Assembly (NCBI GenBank): GCA_963787125.1
Contig: CAWBBV010000011.1
Location: forward strand, 64,001-128,000
DNA from: an uncultured delta proteobacterium
GTDB lineage: Bacteria; Desulfobacterota; Desulfuromonadia; Geobacterales; DSM-12255
Direction: 5' to 3'
DNA length: 64,000 nucleotides
Shown: positions 51,258 to 60,992 of the stretch, piece by piece
Position numbering within the stretch: position 1 is the first letter of the stretch
Layout of the letters: the number at the start of each line of letters is the position of its first letter
The notes under the pieces: generated by a model
The model's input: the letters and a program-made list of their open reading frames with translations, nothing else
Told to the model about the DNA's origin: nothing
Databases searched by the model: none
Made by a program: the position numbers and the translations under genes

Positions 51258-52343
51258 ATGCGTAAAAGTATGTCTGTTTATTTCATCTGTCTCGGCGTTG
51301 CAGCTCTTCTTGCCGGGGGGTGTGCCGGTGAAAAGAGCGTCGTCAAAAGCGATCCGGCACCAGTGGCGCTCAAGGAAGCTCCTGTAGTGCAAGAGGCGGC
51401 TGTCAAAACCACTGAATCTGCTAAAGCGCCTAAACCTGTTGTAACGCCAGCCACATCTCCGGATGACACAGTTGCAAAGGTCGGCTCTACCACCATTACC
51501 CGCAAAGAGCTTGATAGAGCTTTCAATGTTCTTGTCGCCCAGAACAGGATTCAACCCGGGTCGACACCAGAAGCAGTCAAGGAGGCTCAGAAAGCTGCCC
51601 TCGACCAACTTATCTTTGCGGACCTCATCTATCAGCAAGGTCTGAAAACAGCTCCGGCAGACCTGGAAAAGCAGGTTGAATTCAAAATGGCGCAGAATAA
51701 GGGTAAATTCGGGTCACCAGCTGAATTTGAAGCTGCCCTGAAAGATTCCGGCGTTACGGAAAAGGATCTCGTCGAGATAAGCCGTAAAGATATCGTCATC
51801 TCTCACTATATAGAGACTAACATAACCCCTTCCATAGCCGTAAGCGATGAGGAAATCAAAAAATTCTACGATGAAAATAAAGCCGGACTTGCTGAAGAGT
51901 CACAGATCAAGGCAAGTCACATCCTTATAGGGGTGGATTCTTCGGCAACACCAGAGGTCAAGGCAAAGGCTAAGGCTAAGGCTGAAGGCATCCTTAAAGA
52001 GCTGAAAAACGGCAAGGATTTTGCTGAAGCTGCCAAGGCGGATTCGACCTGCCCAAGCAAGGATCAGGGTGGCGATCTCGGCTTCTTTGGGAAAGGCCAG
52101 ATGGTTCCGGCATTCGAGCAGGTCGCCTTTTCTCTCAATCCCGGCGAAATCAGCGATGTTGTTGAAACCCAGTTCGGCTACCACATAATCAAGCTTATTG
52201 AGAAAAAAGGCGCCGAGCCACCGAAACTTGATGAGCTCAAAGAGAAAATAGCTGTTTTCCTGAAAGGGCAAAAAACGCAGAAAGCTGTTTTTGATTATGT
52301 CACTAAATTGCGGAAAGAGACTAAAGTAGAGATCCTGCTATAG
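51258..52343 (+). CDS. PpiC-type peptidyl-prolyl isomerase lipoprotein (SurA/PrsA-like)
   Basis: Lipobox AGGC, ASHILI, GGDLGFF..GQMV..FE, TQFGYHIIK. Confidence 0.9.
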   Translation: MRKSMSVYFICLGVAALLAGGCAGEKSVVKSDPAPVALKEAPVVQEAAVKTTESAKAPKPVVTPATSPDDTVAKVGSTTITRKELDRAFNVLVAQNRIQPGSTPEAVKEAQKAALDQLIFADLIYQQGLKTAPADLEKQVEFKMAQNKGKFGSPAEFEAALKDSGVTEKDLVEISRKDIVISHYIETNITPSIAVSDEEIKKFYDENKAGLAEESQIKASHILIGVDSSATPEVKAKAKAKAEGILKELKNGKDFAEAAKADSTCPSKDQGGDLGFFGKGQMVPAFEQVAFSLNPGEISDVVETQFGYHIIKLIEKKGAEPPKLDELKEKIAVFLKGQKTQKAVFDYVTKLRKETKVEILL

Positions 52344-52360
52344 CAATACCACAAACTGTA

Positions 52361-52403
52361 AAACAGACTGAGCCCGGAAAGATTTTCCGGGCTCAGTCTG
52401 TTT
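52361..52403. terminator. Bidirectional terminator (perfect 20-bp inverted repeat)
   Basis: aaacagactgagcccggaaa-gat-tttccgggctcagtctgttt between convergent genes. Confidence 0.85.
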
Positions 52404-52420
52404 CGGAACTATCTCCCTGC

Positions 52421-52933
52421 TTACGCTGCGGTTGCCGGCGGCACAAAGACCCTCACACCAAGCTCCTTGTCGAGCATTAGCAGTCCATAGCCGTTGTCGC
52501 CTATCATCTTCAGCTTGCCCAGAATCTCGCGATCATTCTCCTCTTCCTCTATCTGCTCGGTAATAAACCACTGCAAAAAGATCTGGGTGGCATGGTCCTT
52601 CTCCTTGACGCTCAGCTCCGTCAATTCGTTGATACATTTGGTAATAAACTGCTCATGCTGCAGCGTCTGCTGGAAGCAATCAAGCAGCATCGGGAAACTG
52701 CTGGCAGGCTTGGCCATCTTGTCGACAATCGCCTGTTCCCCCTGGCTATTTATGTACGTGTAAAACTTCATGAAGTGGACCATCTCTTCCTGATACTGGA
52801 CATTGAACCAGTTGGCCACCCCTTTAAACCCCATTTCATTGGCAGCCGAGGACATGTTCAGGTAGAGGTATGCCGAAAAAAGCTCAGTATTCATATGCTT
52901 GTTAAGTGCCGTGTAGACTGTTTTTGAAAGCAT
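52421..52933 (-). CDS. ftn: Non-heme ferritin
   Basis: E..SAYLY..M, EE..H, HEQ.IT..I, FLQWF..EQ.EEE. Confidence 0.92.
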   Translation of the reverse strand: MLSKTVYTALNKHMNTELFSAYLYLNMSSAANEMGFKGVANWFNVQYQEEMVHFMKFYTYINSQGEQAIVDKMAKPASSFPMLLDCFQQTLQHEQFITKCINELTELSVKEKDHATQIFLQWFITEQIEEEENDREILGKLKMIGDNGYGLLMLDKELGVRVFVPPATAA

Positions 52934-53118
52934 TGCTTTCCTCCTTAAAAATTATTTTTCTACAAGCTCCATCAAAGTACCGCCATGAATAAAAGTAGCA
53001 CAACAAGCGCTATTTCTCCATAGCCGTATTTTGTTCTGTTAACCATACAACAAATTTGAATCACGTCAATCTCGCTACTTCTTGCCAGCAAGAAGTAATC
53101 CATGTTAATAATTACACC

Positions 53119-54492
53119 ATGAAAGATAAACCTGCAATTCTGCTGATAGATGACGAAGAGGGGAGCAGGCAAGCGCTCACCCTTTTGCTTAAAGCCAACT
53201 ATAATGTCACCGGTTCGGCAAGCGGCCATGAAGCCAGGCAAAGACTGGCAGCAGATAAATTTGACATTGTCATCACCGATCTGCGCCTCCCGGACTGCAG
53301 CGGCATCGACCTCCTCAAACAGATCAAGAGCTACCATCCGGCAACGGAGGTCGTCCTGATAACCGGTCACGCCTCAGCAGAAACCGCGGTAAGCGCCATG
53401 AAAGAGGGGGCATTTGACTACATCACCAAACCGCTCAATATGGACGAGCTGCGGATCATCCTTGCGAAAGCTCTTGAGAAGCGCCGCCTGCTTACAGAAA
53501 ATATCTACCTGAAGAAACAACTCCGGGAGAAGTACGGTTTTGCCAACATCATCGGCAACTCCCCGGCGATGCAGAATGTTTTCAGACTCATGCAACGAAT
53601 CATCAAAACCGACTCTACCATTCTTATCATGGGAGAATCGGGTACCGGCAAAGAGATCGTCGCCAAATCGATCCACTTTAACAGCCCCAGACAGGACAAG
53701 CCTTTCGTCGCCGTCCACTGCGGAGCAATACCGGAAACACTGCTTGAAAGCGAGCTTTTCGGTCATGCCAAAGGCGCCTTTACCGGAGCGATCAAGGAAA
53801 AGATCGGCAAGTTTGAAAGCGCCCACCACGGCACTATCTTTCTCGATGAAATCGGCACCATGCCGCTGCACCTGCAGATCAAACTTCTCCGCGTCCTTCA
53901 GGAGCAGGAGATTGAGCGGGTCGGCTCCAATACAACGGTCAAACTTGATGTAAGGGTTATCGCAGCAACAAACCTTTCACTGGAAAATGAGGTTAAAAAC
54001 GGTCGTTTCAGGGAAGATCTTTTTTACCGGCTCAATGTTATTCCGCTGATTGTCCCCCCCTTAAGAGAGCGCAAAGAGGATATCGTCCCGCTTACCCGTT
54101 TTTTCCTGACTAAATACTGCCTGGAGATGAAACGAACCCCCATGAATATGACCAGACAGGCTCTTGAAGCACTGGAACTCTATGAATGGCCGGGAAACGT
54201 CCGTGAACTGGAAAATGCTATCGAGCGACTGGTAGCCCTGACAGAGACCGATGCGGTCCATATCGCCGATCTCCCTGACAGCATCGGCAGGCAGCATGGC
54301 AGCATGGTCTCTTTCAGTTACGAAATCAGCGAAAACGGCATGGATCTGGCTGCAGCGGTCAGCGAAATGGAGGCAAAAATCATCACTCGCGCCCTTGTCG
54401 GATGCGACGGGGTCAAATCCAGAGCAGCAGCCCTTCTGAAGATGAACCGGACAACGCTGGTGGAAAAGATGAAGCGCCTGGGGGTTGAGTGA
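53119..54492 (+). CDS. Sigma54-dependent response regulator (NtrC family)
   Basis: REC domain, GESGTGKE, GAFTGA, FREDLFYRLNV, WPGNVREL, Fis-type HTH. Confidence 0.95.
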   Translation: MKDKPAILLIDDEEGSRQALTLLLKANYNVTGSASGHEARQRLAADKFDIVITDLRLPDCSGIDLLKQIKSYHPATEVVLITGHASAETAVSAMKEGAFDYITKPLNMDELRIILAKALEKRRLLTENIYLKKQLREKYGFANIIGNSPAMQNVFRLMQRIIKTDSTILIMGESGTGKEIVAKSIHFNSPRQDKPFVAVHCGAIPETLLESELFGHAKGAFTGAIKEKIGKFESAHHGTIFLDEIGTMPLHLQIKLLRVLQEQEIERVGSNTTVKLDVRVIAATNLSLENEVKNGRFREDLFYRLNVIPLIVPPLRERKEDIVPLTRFFLTKYCLEMKRTPMNMTRQALEALELYEWPGNVRELENAIERLVALTETDAVHIADLPDSIGRQHGSMVSFSYEISENGMDLAAAVSEMEAKIITRALVGCDGVKSRAAALLKMNRTTLVEKMKRLGVE

Positions 54493-54746
54493 TAACATGT
54501 AAAATTTTACCAGATCTTCTCCCTTCCAGCTAATCCTAACGGCGTTTTAATTTTAATATTAGTTTTATTGACAACCACCAACAATACCATTAATATCCCG
54601 CCGTACATTAGAAATATTCCCAAAACACACACCATAATATTCCGTAAGATTAGATACTTATCAATTTAATTCATATTTTTTAATTAAGCTGAAACGTCTT
54701 GCTAAAATCAATTCGTCATCAGCCAAAACCAAAGGAGGAAGTAAAC

Positions 54747-55678
54747 ATGAAGAAGATTGTTTTAATGTTAGCACTGGGATTACTGGCGGCATGCGGGGGA
54801 AGCGGGGGGGGGGAACACCGGTAACCGGAGCTAATGGGACACCGGCAACCGGCAACACACCTTACCAGACAACAACCTTGAATATAATAGTCAAGGATAC
54901 AGCCAAATCGGCACCTACGCCGACTACAAGCTTAAAACACATGCGCAGACTGATGGTCACATGTCCGAGTATCGTAGACGACCAAAACAGAATAGTTCAG
55001 TTTACAACGCCCGCTGACTTCATGATAGGTCCAGGCGCCCCCGCCGCCCCCGCCAGTTTAACAGTGCCTGTTGCAAACAATTGCGCCATTGAACTTCTCG
55101 ATTACGATGTTGTTGGCAATGGCTTCTCAAATTACACCAGCGTCTGGACCGAAACGCTAACCAATGGAACATTTAAAAACCACTCTACGCCAATAGCTGC
55201 AACTGAAACCATTACCAAGCCTTACTCATTGGTAAAATATGCACGTCAAGTCATGAGCATAGTGGCAGGAGGCCCCAATACTGTCACTTTACAAACTGGC
55301 ACCGTTACAGCACCAGTTACAAATGTTCCCGCTATCACCGCCAATATGACTAGCGCTGGCACCAACACTTGCACTATCGGCGCGACTATTCCCGTAACGA
55401 CACCTTTCGATCCTGCGAATTGGCAGTACACGAGGGGCTATACCGCAAATCTCGCATCAGGCAATTTAAGCCCGAAAATCACAACAGCTTCATCTACACT
55501 GACATCACCATTGGCTTTTTACAATAGAGCTCTACAAACCGAATACTTCGTAGGGTTTAAATTTTTCCTTAAAGATTCACTAATTCGTACAACAGATGCC
55601 GGCGCATTCTATCTGGTTATACCGCCAGCATCAGTGTCATTAAATTCAGACACATTCACCATACCTCCATATCAATAA
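54747..55678 (+). pseudogene. Thr-rich lipoprotein gene frameshifted at a G10 tract
   Basis: AGGAGG RBS + MKKIVLMLALGLLAAC-GGSGGG stops at 54824; the body continues in another frame to 55678. Confidence 0.85.
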
Positions 55679-55690
55679 ATCTCAATAGTT

Positions 55691-55719
55691 AAGGCGGGGA
55701 GAATGCTCCCCGCCTTTTT
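55691..55719. terminator. Rho-independent terminator
   Basis: aaggcggggag-aatg-ctccccgcctt-ttt. Confidence 0.8.
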
Positions 55720-55726
55720 ATTCACC

Positions 55727-56233
55727 TCAACAATCAAACCCATCCGGATCATTCTCCCGCGGAACCACACCCCACTCCATTGCAACCTGATCAAAATCGG
55801 CGATCTTCTCCAGTGGCACTTTCATATACCTGCCCCGGGCAAGCACGGCAATGCTGTCGTCAGGAAGGATGATCTCCCCTGTTCCGGAAAAGATCCGGCT
55901 GTTCTGCTCCGTTATCCGGCCGATAACCCGCAGTTCGACCTCCAGGGGAAGCGGTTTTTTGTATTCGACGGTCAACTCAAGAGTTACCCCCCAGACCTGC
56001 GCTTCACTACCGATCATTATCGCCCGCCCTATCGTCTCATCAAGGATCGTGGCGGCTATCCCGCCGTGAAGTCTGCCCGGGTAACTCTGGTGTACTTCCC
56101 CGGGGGTAAAGGTTGCCACAAGCGCCCCGTCATCGGTTTCGTAAAAAAATGCTTGCAGACCAGCCACGTTCTTGAGGCCGCAGACAAAGCACATCTTTGA
56201 ATTGTGCTGCTTTTTAGTAACTTTTCGTTTCAT
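55727..56233 (-). CDS. PaaI family (hotdog-fold) thioesterase
   Basis: CFVCG..N..GL, HGGI.ATILDE.IG, V.YKKP.P. Confidence 0.9.
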   Translation of the reverse strand: MKRKVTKKQHNSKMCFVCGLKNVAGLQAFFYETDDGALVATFTPGEVHQSYPGRLHGGIAATILDETIGRAIMIGSEAQVWGVTLELTVEYKKPLPLEVELRVIGRITEQNSRIFSGTGEIILPDDSIAVLARGRYMKVPLEKIADFDQVAMEWGVVPRENDPDGFDC

Positions 56234-56298
56234 AATCTCCACTCTTGCTTTTTTATAGCGGCTCTCTATAATTCCAGACTCTTGCTGAGGATGCCACT

Positions 56299-57408
56299 AT
56301 GCCTGCAAACTGTTTACCCCAGATAAACTGGATAAGTGCGTTAACGAAGCTATTTTCTGCCAGAAAAGCGCAGAAAACAACTTCTAACTTACTAACAGTT
56401 CCATCACTGAAGTTATGGGGGGTGGTAATAATCTGCTCTTTCTCCGTTTGCGCTTTTTTGGGGGCAAGCTGGGAACAGCGGTTTATTTCGGCTCGGCCGG
56501 GCGTACTGCTACGCGCCGCTTCCCAGCAAACACCACAGATACAGATCTCAAAACAAGGCGCCAAATCCCAGGCATCCCAGAGGATAAGAGAAACTGGCGG
56601 CGTGCTGGCGGCGGACTATGGTTTCACCAATTTTAACAACGACCAACTGGCCCTCACCTTTTCAATCCCGTCCAGAGAACTTGCCTCTTACCGCCTTGAA
56701 TACGGTTTCACAGCTGCAGAAAGAGCCGCAATCGACCAGTGGCAGAAAACAGCCATTGAAGATGCTTACAAAGCTGCGGTAAAAAACCGCCAAAGCCAGG
56801 CGCAGCTCAATAGCGCCGGCGAGAAGATCGCAGCAGAGTACAGAACAAGGCTGGTGAATTTTTATCGGTCGCGGGGATTTGCACTGCTGGAAGGGAATAT
56901 GCTCGTTGCCGACATCCCGGAAATTGTCAGGAGAAACGTCAGAAAAGTTAAAAGTGTGGCGCTTTCAATCAATAGCTCAGCGGAGAGACTCGGTTACGAT
57001 TCCGACAGTATCATTGCCGCCGCTATCTCGTTTATTCAGACAGCAGTTTTATATGAAAATGTCCCGATGGAGATCAAAGGCCGACAGACGGGTGGGGTTT
57101 ATCCGCCGCTGGAAACTCTGGCCGCCGGCAAAGGTGACTGCGATACCAAAAGCGGGCTACTCGGCTCAATTCTCCTTAATTGGGACAGAATCAAGGTAGT
57201 AGGGGTCGGTGTTCCCGGACATTACCTTGTCGGCATTCTCAGAAATCCGGCAAAAGGGGATGTCTTTGTCGAGTATAAAGGTGCACGTTACGTTCTGGCT
57301 GAACCGGCAGGACCAGGATGGCTCCCGCTAGGCACCGTGGACAAAAGAACCCTGGCACTACTGAGTGCCAACGACAAAGTTAAAATAGAGCCTTTCACAG
57401 CCAATTGA
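56299..57408 (+). CDS. Exported transglutaminase-like (Cys-protease fold) protein
   Basis: PLETL..GKGDCDTKS.L, VPGHYLVG, YVLAEP.G; hydrophobic segment after the repeat-derived N-terminus. Confidence 0.7.
   Translation: MPANCLPQINWISALTKLFSARKAQKTTSNLLTVPSLKLWGVVIICSFSVCAFLGASWEQRFISARPGVLLRAASQQTPQIQISKQGAKSQASQRIRETGGVLAADYGFTNFNNDQLALTFSIPSRELASYRLEYGFTAAERAAIDQWQKTAIEDAYKAAVKNRQSQAQLNSAGEKIAAEYRTRLVNFYRSRGFALLEGNMLVADIPEIVRRNVRKVKSVALSINSSAERLGYDSDSIIAAAISFIQTAVLYENVPMEIKGRQTGGVYPPLETLAAGKGDCDTKSGLLGSILLNWDRIKVVGVGVPGHYLVGILRNPAKGDVFVEYKGARYVLAEPAGPGWLPLGTVDKRTLALLSANDKVKIEPFTAN
56318..56395 (+). repeat. 78-bp palindromic dispersed repeat, copy B (inside the ORF 5' end)
   Basis: cccagataaactggataagtgcgttaacgaagctattttctgcc...gcagaaaacaacttctaacttactaa. 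Confidence 0.9.
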
Positions 57409-57413
57409 CCCAA

Positions 57414-57491
57414 CCCTGACAAACAGGATACGTGCGTTAACAAAGTTATTTTCTGCCTTAAACGCGCAGAAAATACCCTCTAACTTCCTAA
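57414..57491 (+). repeat. 78-bp palindromic dispersed repeat, copy C (more diverged)
   Basis: ccctgacaaacaggatacgtgcgttaacaaagttattttctgcc...gcagaaaataccctctaacttcctaa, ungapped with copies A and B. Confidence 0.85.
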
Positions 57492-57503
57492 GGAGTGTAA
57501 AAA

Positions 57504-58055
57504 ATGTTTTTCATCCAACTGATGGTAAGCCTGTTCGAACTTGTCCTGATGGTGGTCATGTCCGGCGTCATTATCTACGCAATCTACCGGATGTTCATAA
57601 AAGCCAACAAAGATTTTGACATGGAAGAGGCGATAGCCGAGGGGAATGTTGCTGTCGGCATACTGGTATCGACCATAATGGTGTCCGCTGCACTGCTGCT
57701 CGAAAAAGGGCTGGCCGCGTCGGTGAGCATGTTTAAAATCTCCATATCGGCACCCGATGAGATATCTCTACCGCTGTGGCAAATCGGCCTGTTGACGTTG
57801 TGCCACCTGATCCTTACCCTTGCCATTGCCCTGTTCACCGTCTCGGCAACCCTGCGACTCTTCGGCAAAATGGCTCGTGGCATAAATCCGCAGATGAAGC
57901 TCGGTGAGCATCTCAAAAAAGGGAATGTCGCTGTTGGAATCCTTCTGGCTGCGGTTGTCTTCATTGCCACACATTACGTCGGTGAAGGGGTAAGCTCCCT
58001 GACCAAAGCGCTGGTGCCGCAACCGAAAATCGGGAAAATTGAAATCATGAAGTGA
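57504..58055 (+). CDS. DUF350 family membrane protein
   Basis: Four TM segments, duplicated GNVAVGIL motif. Confidence 0.8.
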   Translation: MFFIQLMVSLFELVLMVVMSGVIIYAIYRMFIKANKDFDMEEAIAEGNVAVGILVSTIMVSAALLLEKGLAASVSMFKISISAPDEISLPLWQIGLLTLCHLILTLAIALFTVSATLRLFGKMARGINPQMKLGEHLKKGNVAVGILLAAVVFIATHYVGEGVSSLTKALVPQPKIGKIEIMK

Positions 58056-58919
58056 TCAGAAATATTTCCCTACCAGAATATCCAGATCGGCTTTTGTACT
58101 TTCAGGAATCACTCTTCGGTCGGTAATAACGGCAAACTGCATGGCAGAAGCGCACGAGCAGCTTCTTTCAGCAGAGATACTGTTTACCGCCAGGCGAATG
58201 ATATTTTTCGCCATGGCAACATTCTGATGGATTATCTTGATGATCGCCTCGACAGTCACATCTTCATGGGAGTTATGCCAGCAGTCGTAATCTGTTGACA
58301 GGGCAATAATGCCGTAGCAGATCTCTGCCTCCCTTGCCAGCTTGGCTTCTGTCAGGTTGGTCATGCCGATGACAGAGGCTTCAAGCCCTCTATACATGAA
58401 CGACTCAGCCCTGGTTGAAAAAGCCGGCCCTTCCATGCAGATATAGGTTCCACCCCGGTGAACGGTCGCTCCGGCGCTTCTGGCAGCACTCTCCAGCGTA
58501 GCAGAGAGGCAGGGGCAGACCGGATCGGCAAAACCGGCATGGGCAACAACACCATTGCCAAAGAAGGTATCCTTGCGCACCCCTTTTGTTCTGTCGATGA
58601 ACTGATCCGGAATGACGATATGCCCCGGCACGATCTCCTCTTTAAGGCTCCCGACCGCAGAAACAGAGATGATCTGCTCTACCCCGAGTTTTTTCATCCC
58701 ATAAATATTCGCCCGGTAGTTGACTTCAGAAGGGAGGAGACGATGCCCTCTGCCGTGACGGGGGAGAAACACCATTTTCACGCCGTTCATGACTCCGGTT
58801 ATGTAGAGGTCTGAAGGCTCGCCAAACGGCGTTGCCACAGCCTCCTCCCTCACCTCTGCAAGCCCTTCCATCTCATAAAGCCCGCTGCCACCAATAACAC
58901 CGATTACCTTTTCAGACAT
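58056..58919 (-). CDS. mtnP: S-methyl-5'-thioadenosine phosphorylase
   Basis: GVIGGSGLY, TPFG.PS, RHG.GH, EGPAFSTRAES, TDYDCW. Confidence 0.93.
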   Translation of the reverse strand: MSEKVIGVIGGSGLYEMEGLAEVREEAVATPFGEPSDLYITGVMNGVKMVFLPRHGRGHRLLPSEVNYRANIYGMKKLGVEQIISVSAVGSLKEEIVPGHIVIPDQFIDRTKGVRKDTFFGNGVVAHAGFADPVCPCLSATLESAARSAGATVHRGGTYICMEGPAFSTRAESFMYRGLEASVIGMTNLTEAKLAREAEICYGIIALSTDYDCWHNSHEDVTVEAIIKIIHQNVAMAKNIIRLAVNSISAERSCSCASAMQFAVITDRRVIPESTKADLDILVGKYF

Positions 58920-58920
58920 A

Positions 58921-59961
58921 TTACCCCTCTTTCATTGGATTGATCTGCTCCAGTCGACCTTTGAGCTGCCCACAGGCAGCTGAAATATCTCCGCCTCTGC
59001 TATCTCTGGTAATAACAGTTACATGCCGGTCTATCAGATATTTATGAAACGCGTCAATCGCGGCTCTGGTCGGAGCCTTGAAATCACACCCTTCATGCTC
59101 GTTGAACGGAATAAGATTCACCTTGTTGGGGATGTCGCTGATGAGCCTGAGCAGCCTTCTGGCATCATCGAGAGAATCATTCATCCCGCCGATCATGACG
59201 TACTCGATAGTGATTTTTCTGCTCGCAGGGAGTGGGAACTCCCGACAGGCTTTAAGCAGCTCACTCAGTGGATATTTACGATTCACCGGCATTATCCGGT
59301 TGCGAAGCTCATCAGTTGTAGCATTGAGAGAGACTGCCAGGTTGACGGTTACGCGCCTGCCAAGCTCGGCCATTTGTGGCACCAGCCCACAGGTTGAAAC
59401 TGTGATCCGGCGATTGGAGAGCTGCAGACCGTTGCCGTCGAGCATTATCTCTATTGTCCGCACCAGGTTTTCCAGGTTCTGCAGCGGCTCACCCATCCCC
59501 ATAAAAACGATGTTGCGGATCTCTGCATCACGCTTGGCAGCAGTGAGCTGATTGATAATCTCAGCTGTCGTCAGGTTTCTCTTGAGTTTGAACGTCCCGG
59601 TAAGGCAGAATTCACAAGCCATTGCACAGCCGACCTGTGTGGAGATACAGAGAGTATTTCTCCCTTCATCAGGGATAAGTACAGATTCGACCGATTCACC
59701 ATCTTCAAGGGTAAAAAGATATTTCCTGACGCCGTCACCCCCCTCCTCTACTGCTGTGGGATGAAGATCGCTGATATAAGCGATGCTCTCGAGCTCGGCC
59801 CTGAACGCCTTGGAAAGATTTGACATCTCTGCAAACGAAAGCGCTCCCAGCTGATAGATCCATTTGAATATCTGGGTGGCGCGAAAACGCTCTTTCCCTT
59901 TGCCGGAAAGAAACTGTTCCAGTTCACGCAGATTGAAGTTTTTGAGGTCGACTTTTTGCAT
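58921..59961 (-). CDS. rlmN: 23S rRNA m2A2503 / tRNA methyltransferase (radical SAM)
   Basis: [31 protein letters not shown]. Confidence 0.95.
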   Translation of the reverse strand: MQKVDLKNFNLRELEQFLSGKGKERFRATQIFKWIYQLGALSFAEMSNLSKAFRAELESIAYISDLHPTAVEEGGDGVRKYLFTLEDGESVESVLIPDEGRNTLCISTQVGCAMACEFCLTGTFKLKRNLTTAEIINQLTAAKRDAEIRNIVFMGMGEPLQNLENLVRTIEIMLDGNGLQLSNRRITVSTCGLVPQMAELGRRVTVNLAVSLNATTDELRNRIMPVNRKYPLSELLKACREFPLPASRKITIEYVMIGGMNDSLDDARRLLRLISDIPNKVNLIPFNEHEGCDFKAPTRAAIDAFHKYLIDRHVTVITRDSRGGDISAACGQLKGRLEQINPMKEG

Positions 59962-60239
59962 AATGCCCCTTTAAGCCGTCGGAATAGACTAATTGTTACA
60001 GCTTTCATGGCAAGAACGGCATAAGAAGTCGTAACGAAACAACAGCAATATGTAACCGTTATTTCGTAACAGCTCCTTAGAGAAATTGCATACTAAGACA
60101 AACAGAAGCGGCTATCAAGTGAAAGAAGCTTAAGCCAAGGCACGCTGATTGACAACTAACTGTAATTCTGTTACTTAATCCATGTTTGCTAATTTCTTCC
60201 AATCTGCCCTGAACAGCGTGACTTCAGGAAGGTGACATT

Positions 60240-60992
60240 GTGAAAGAGCATATTTCAAGGTTTTTCCTGTATGCGGCAGTTGCGCTGATTTTTTCCGGCT
60301 GTGCTCTCGGCTCTGCATCGAGAAAACAGGCAACATATCACTTTCAAATGGGGCTCTCCTACCTGGGAGAAAACAACGTCACCGGCGCACTTGTTGAATT
60401 CACTGCGTCTGAAAAGATCGACCCTGACAATCATGAGCTGCAGAACTATCTTGGGCAAGTCTACTTCAGAAAAAACAAGCTCGACATTTCCGAAAAGAAA
60501 TATCTTCGCGCCATCGCCCTCAAGCCTGATTACTCTGAAGCCAGAAACAACCTTGCCGTTACCTATCTTGAAATGAAGCGTTGGGACGATGCAATTTACC
60601 AGTTAAAACTTGTAACTGAAGATATTTTCTACCAGAATCAGTCTGCAGCCGGGATCAACCTGGCGCTGGCTCTTTACAACAAGGGTGAGTTCAAACAGGC
60701 TATTGATATCTTGAGGCCGCTTGCGGCCGCCTATCCTCTTGATCCAATGATTCGCTACAATATCGGCAGGATATATTACGCCTCAGACAAGATAGACCTT
60801 GCTGTGGTTGAGTACCGAAAAGCGATTGAACTCTACCCTGATTATTTGCAGGCGCACTATAGCATGGGGCAGGCAAACATGAAGCAGGGCAACCGGAAAG
60901 AGGCGATCAAACAGTTCAAAGAGGTTGTCAGAATTGCTCCTGACAGTGAGATGGCGCACCTTTCGCGGGAACACCTAGACCTTCTGAAATGA
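60240..60992 (+). CDS. TPR lipoprotein (PilF/PilW-like)
   Basis: Lipobox FSGC, tandem TPRs (P.YSEARNNLA). Confidence 0.85.
   Translation: MKEHISRFFLYAAVALIFSGCALGSASRKQATYHFQMGLSYLGENNVTGALVEFTASEKIDPDNHELQNYLGQVYFRKNKLDISEKKYLRAIALKPDYSEARNNLAVTYLEMKRWDDAIYQLKLVTEDIFYQNQSAAGINLALALYNKGEFKQAIDILRPLAAAYPLDPMIRYNIGRIYYASDKIDLAVVEYRKAIELYPDYLQAHYSMGQANMKQGNRKEAIKQFKEVVRIAPDSEMAHLSREHLDLLK

Noticed and set aside
54791..55678. 295-aa ORF starting MRGKRGGG as an intact gene
   Set aside because: No RBS at that ATG; the real start with RBS and lipobox is at 54747 in another frame.
56318..57491. 78-bp repeats as integron attC sites
   Set aside because: Ends do not show the RYYYAAC...GTTRRRY arrangement around the stem, and no integrase is present.
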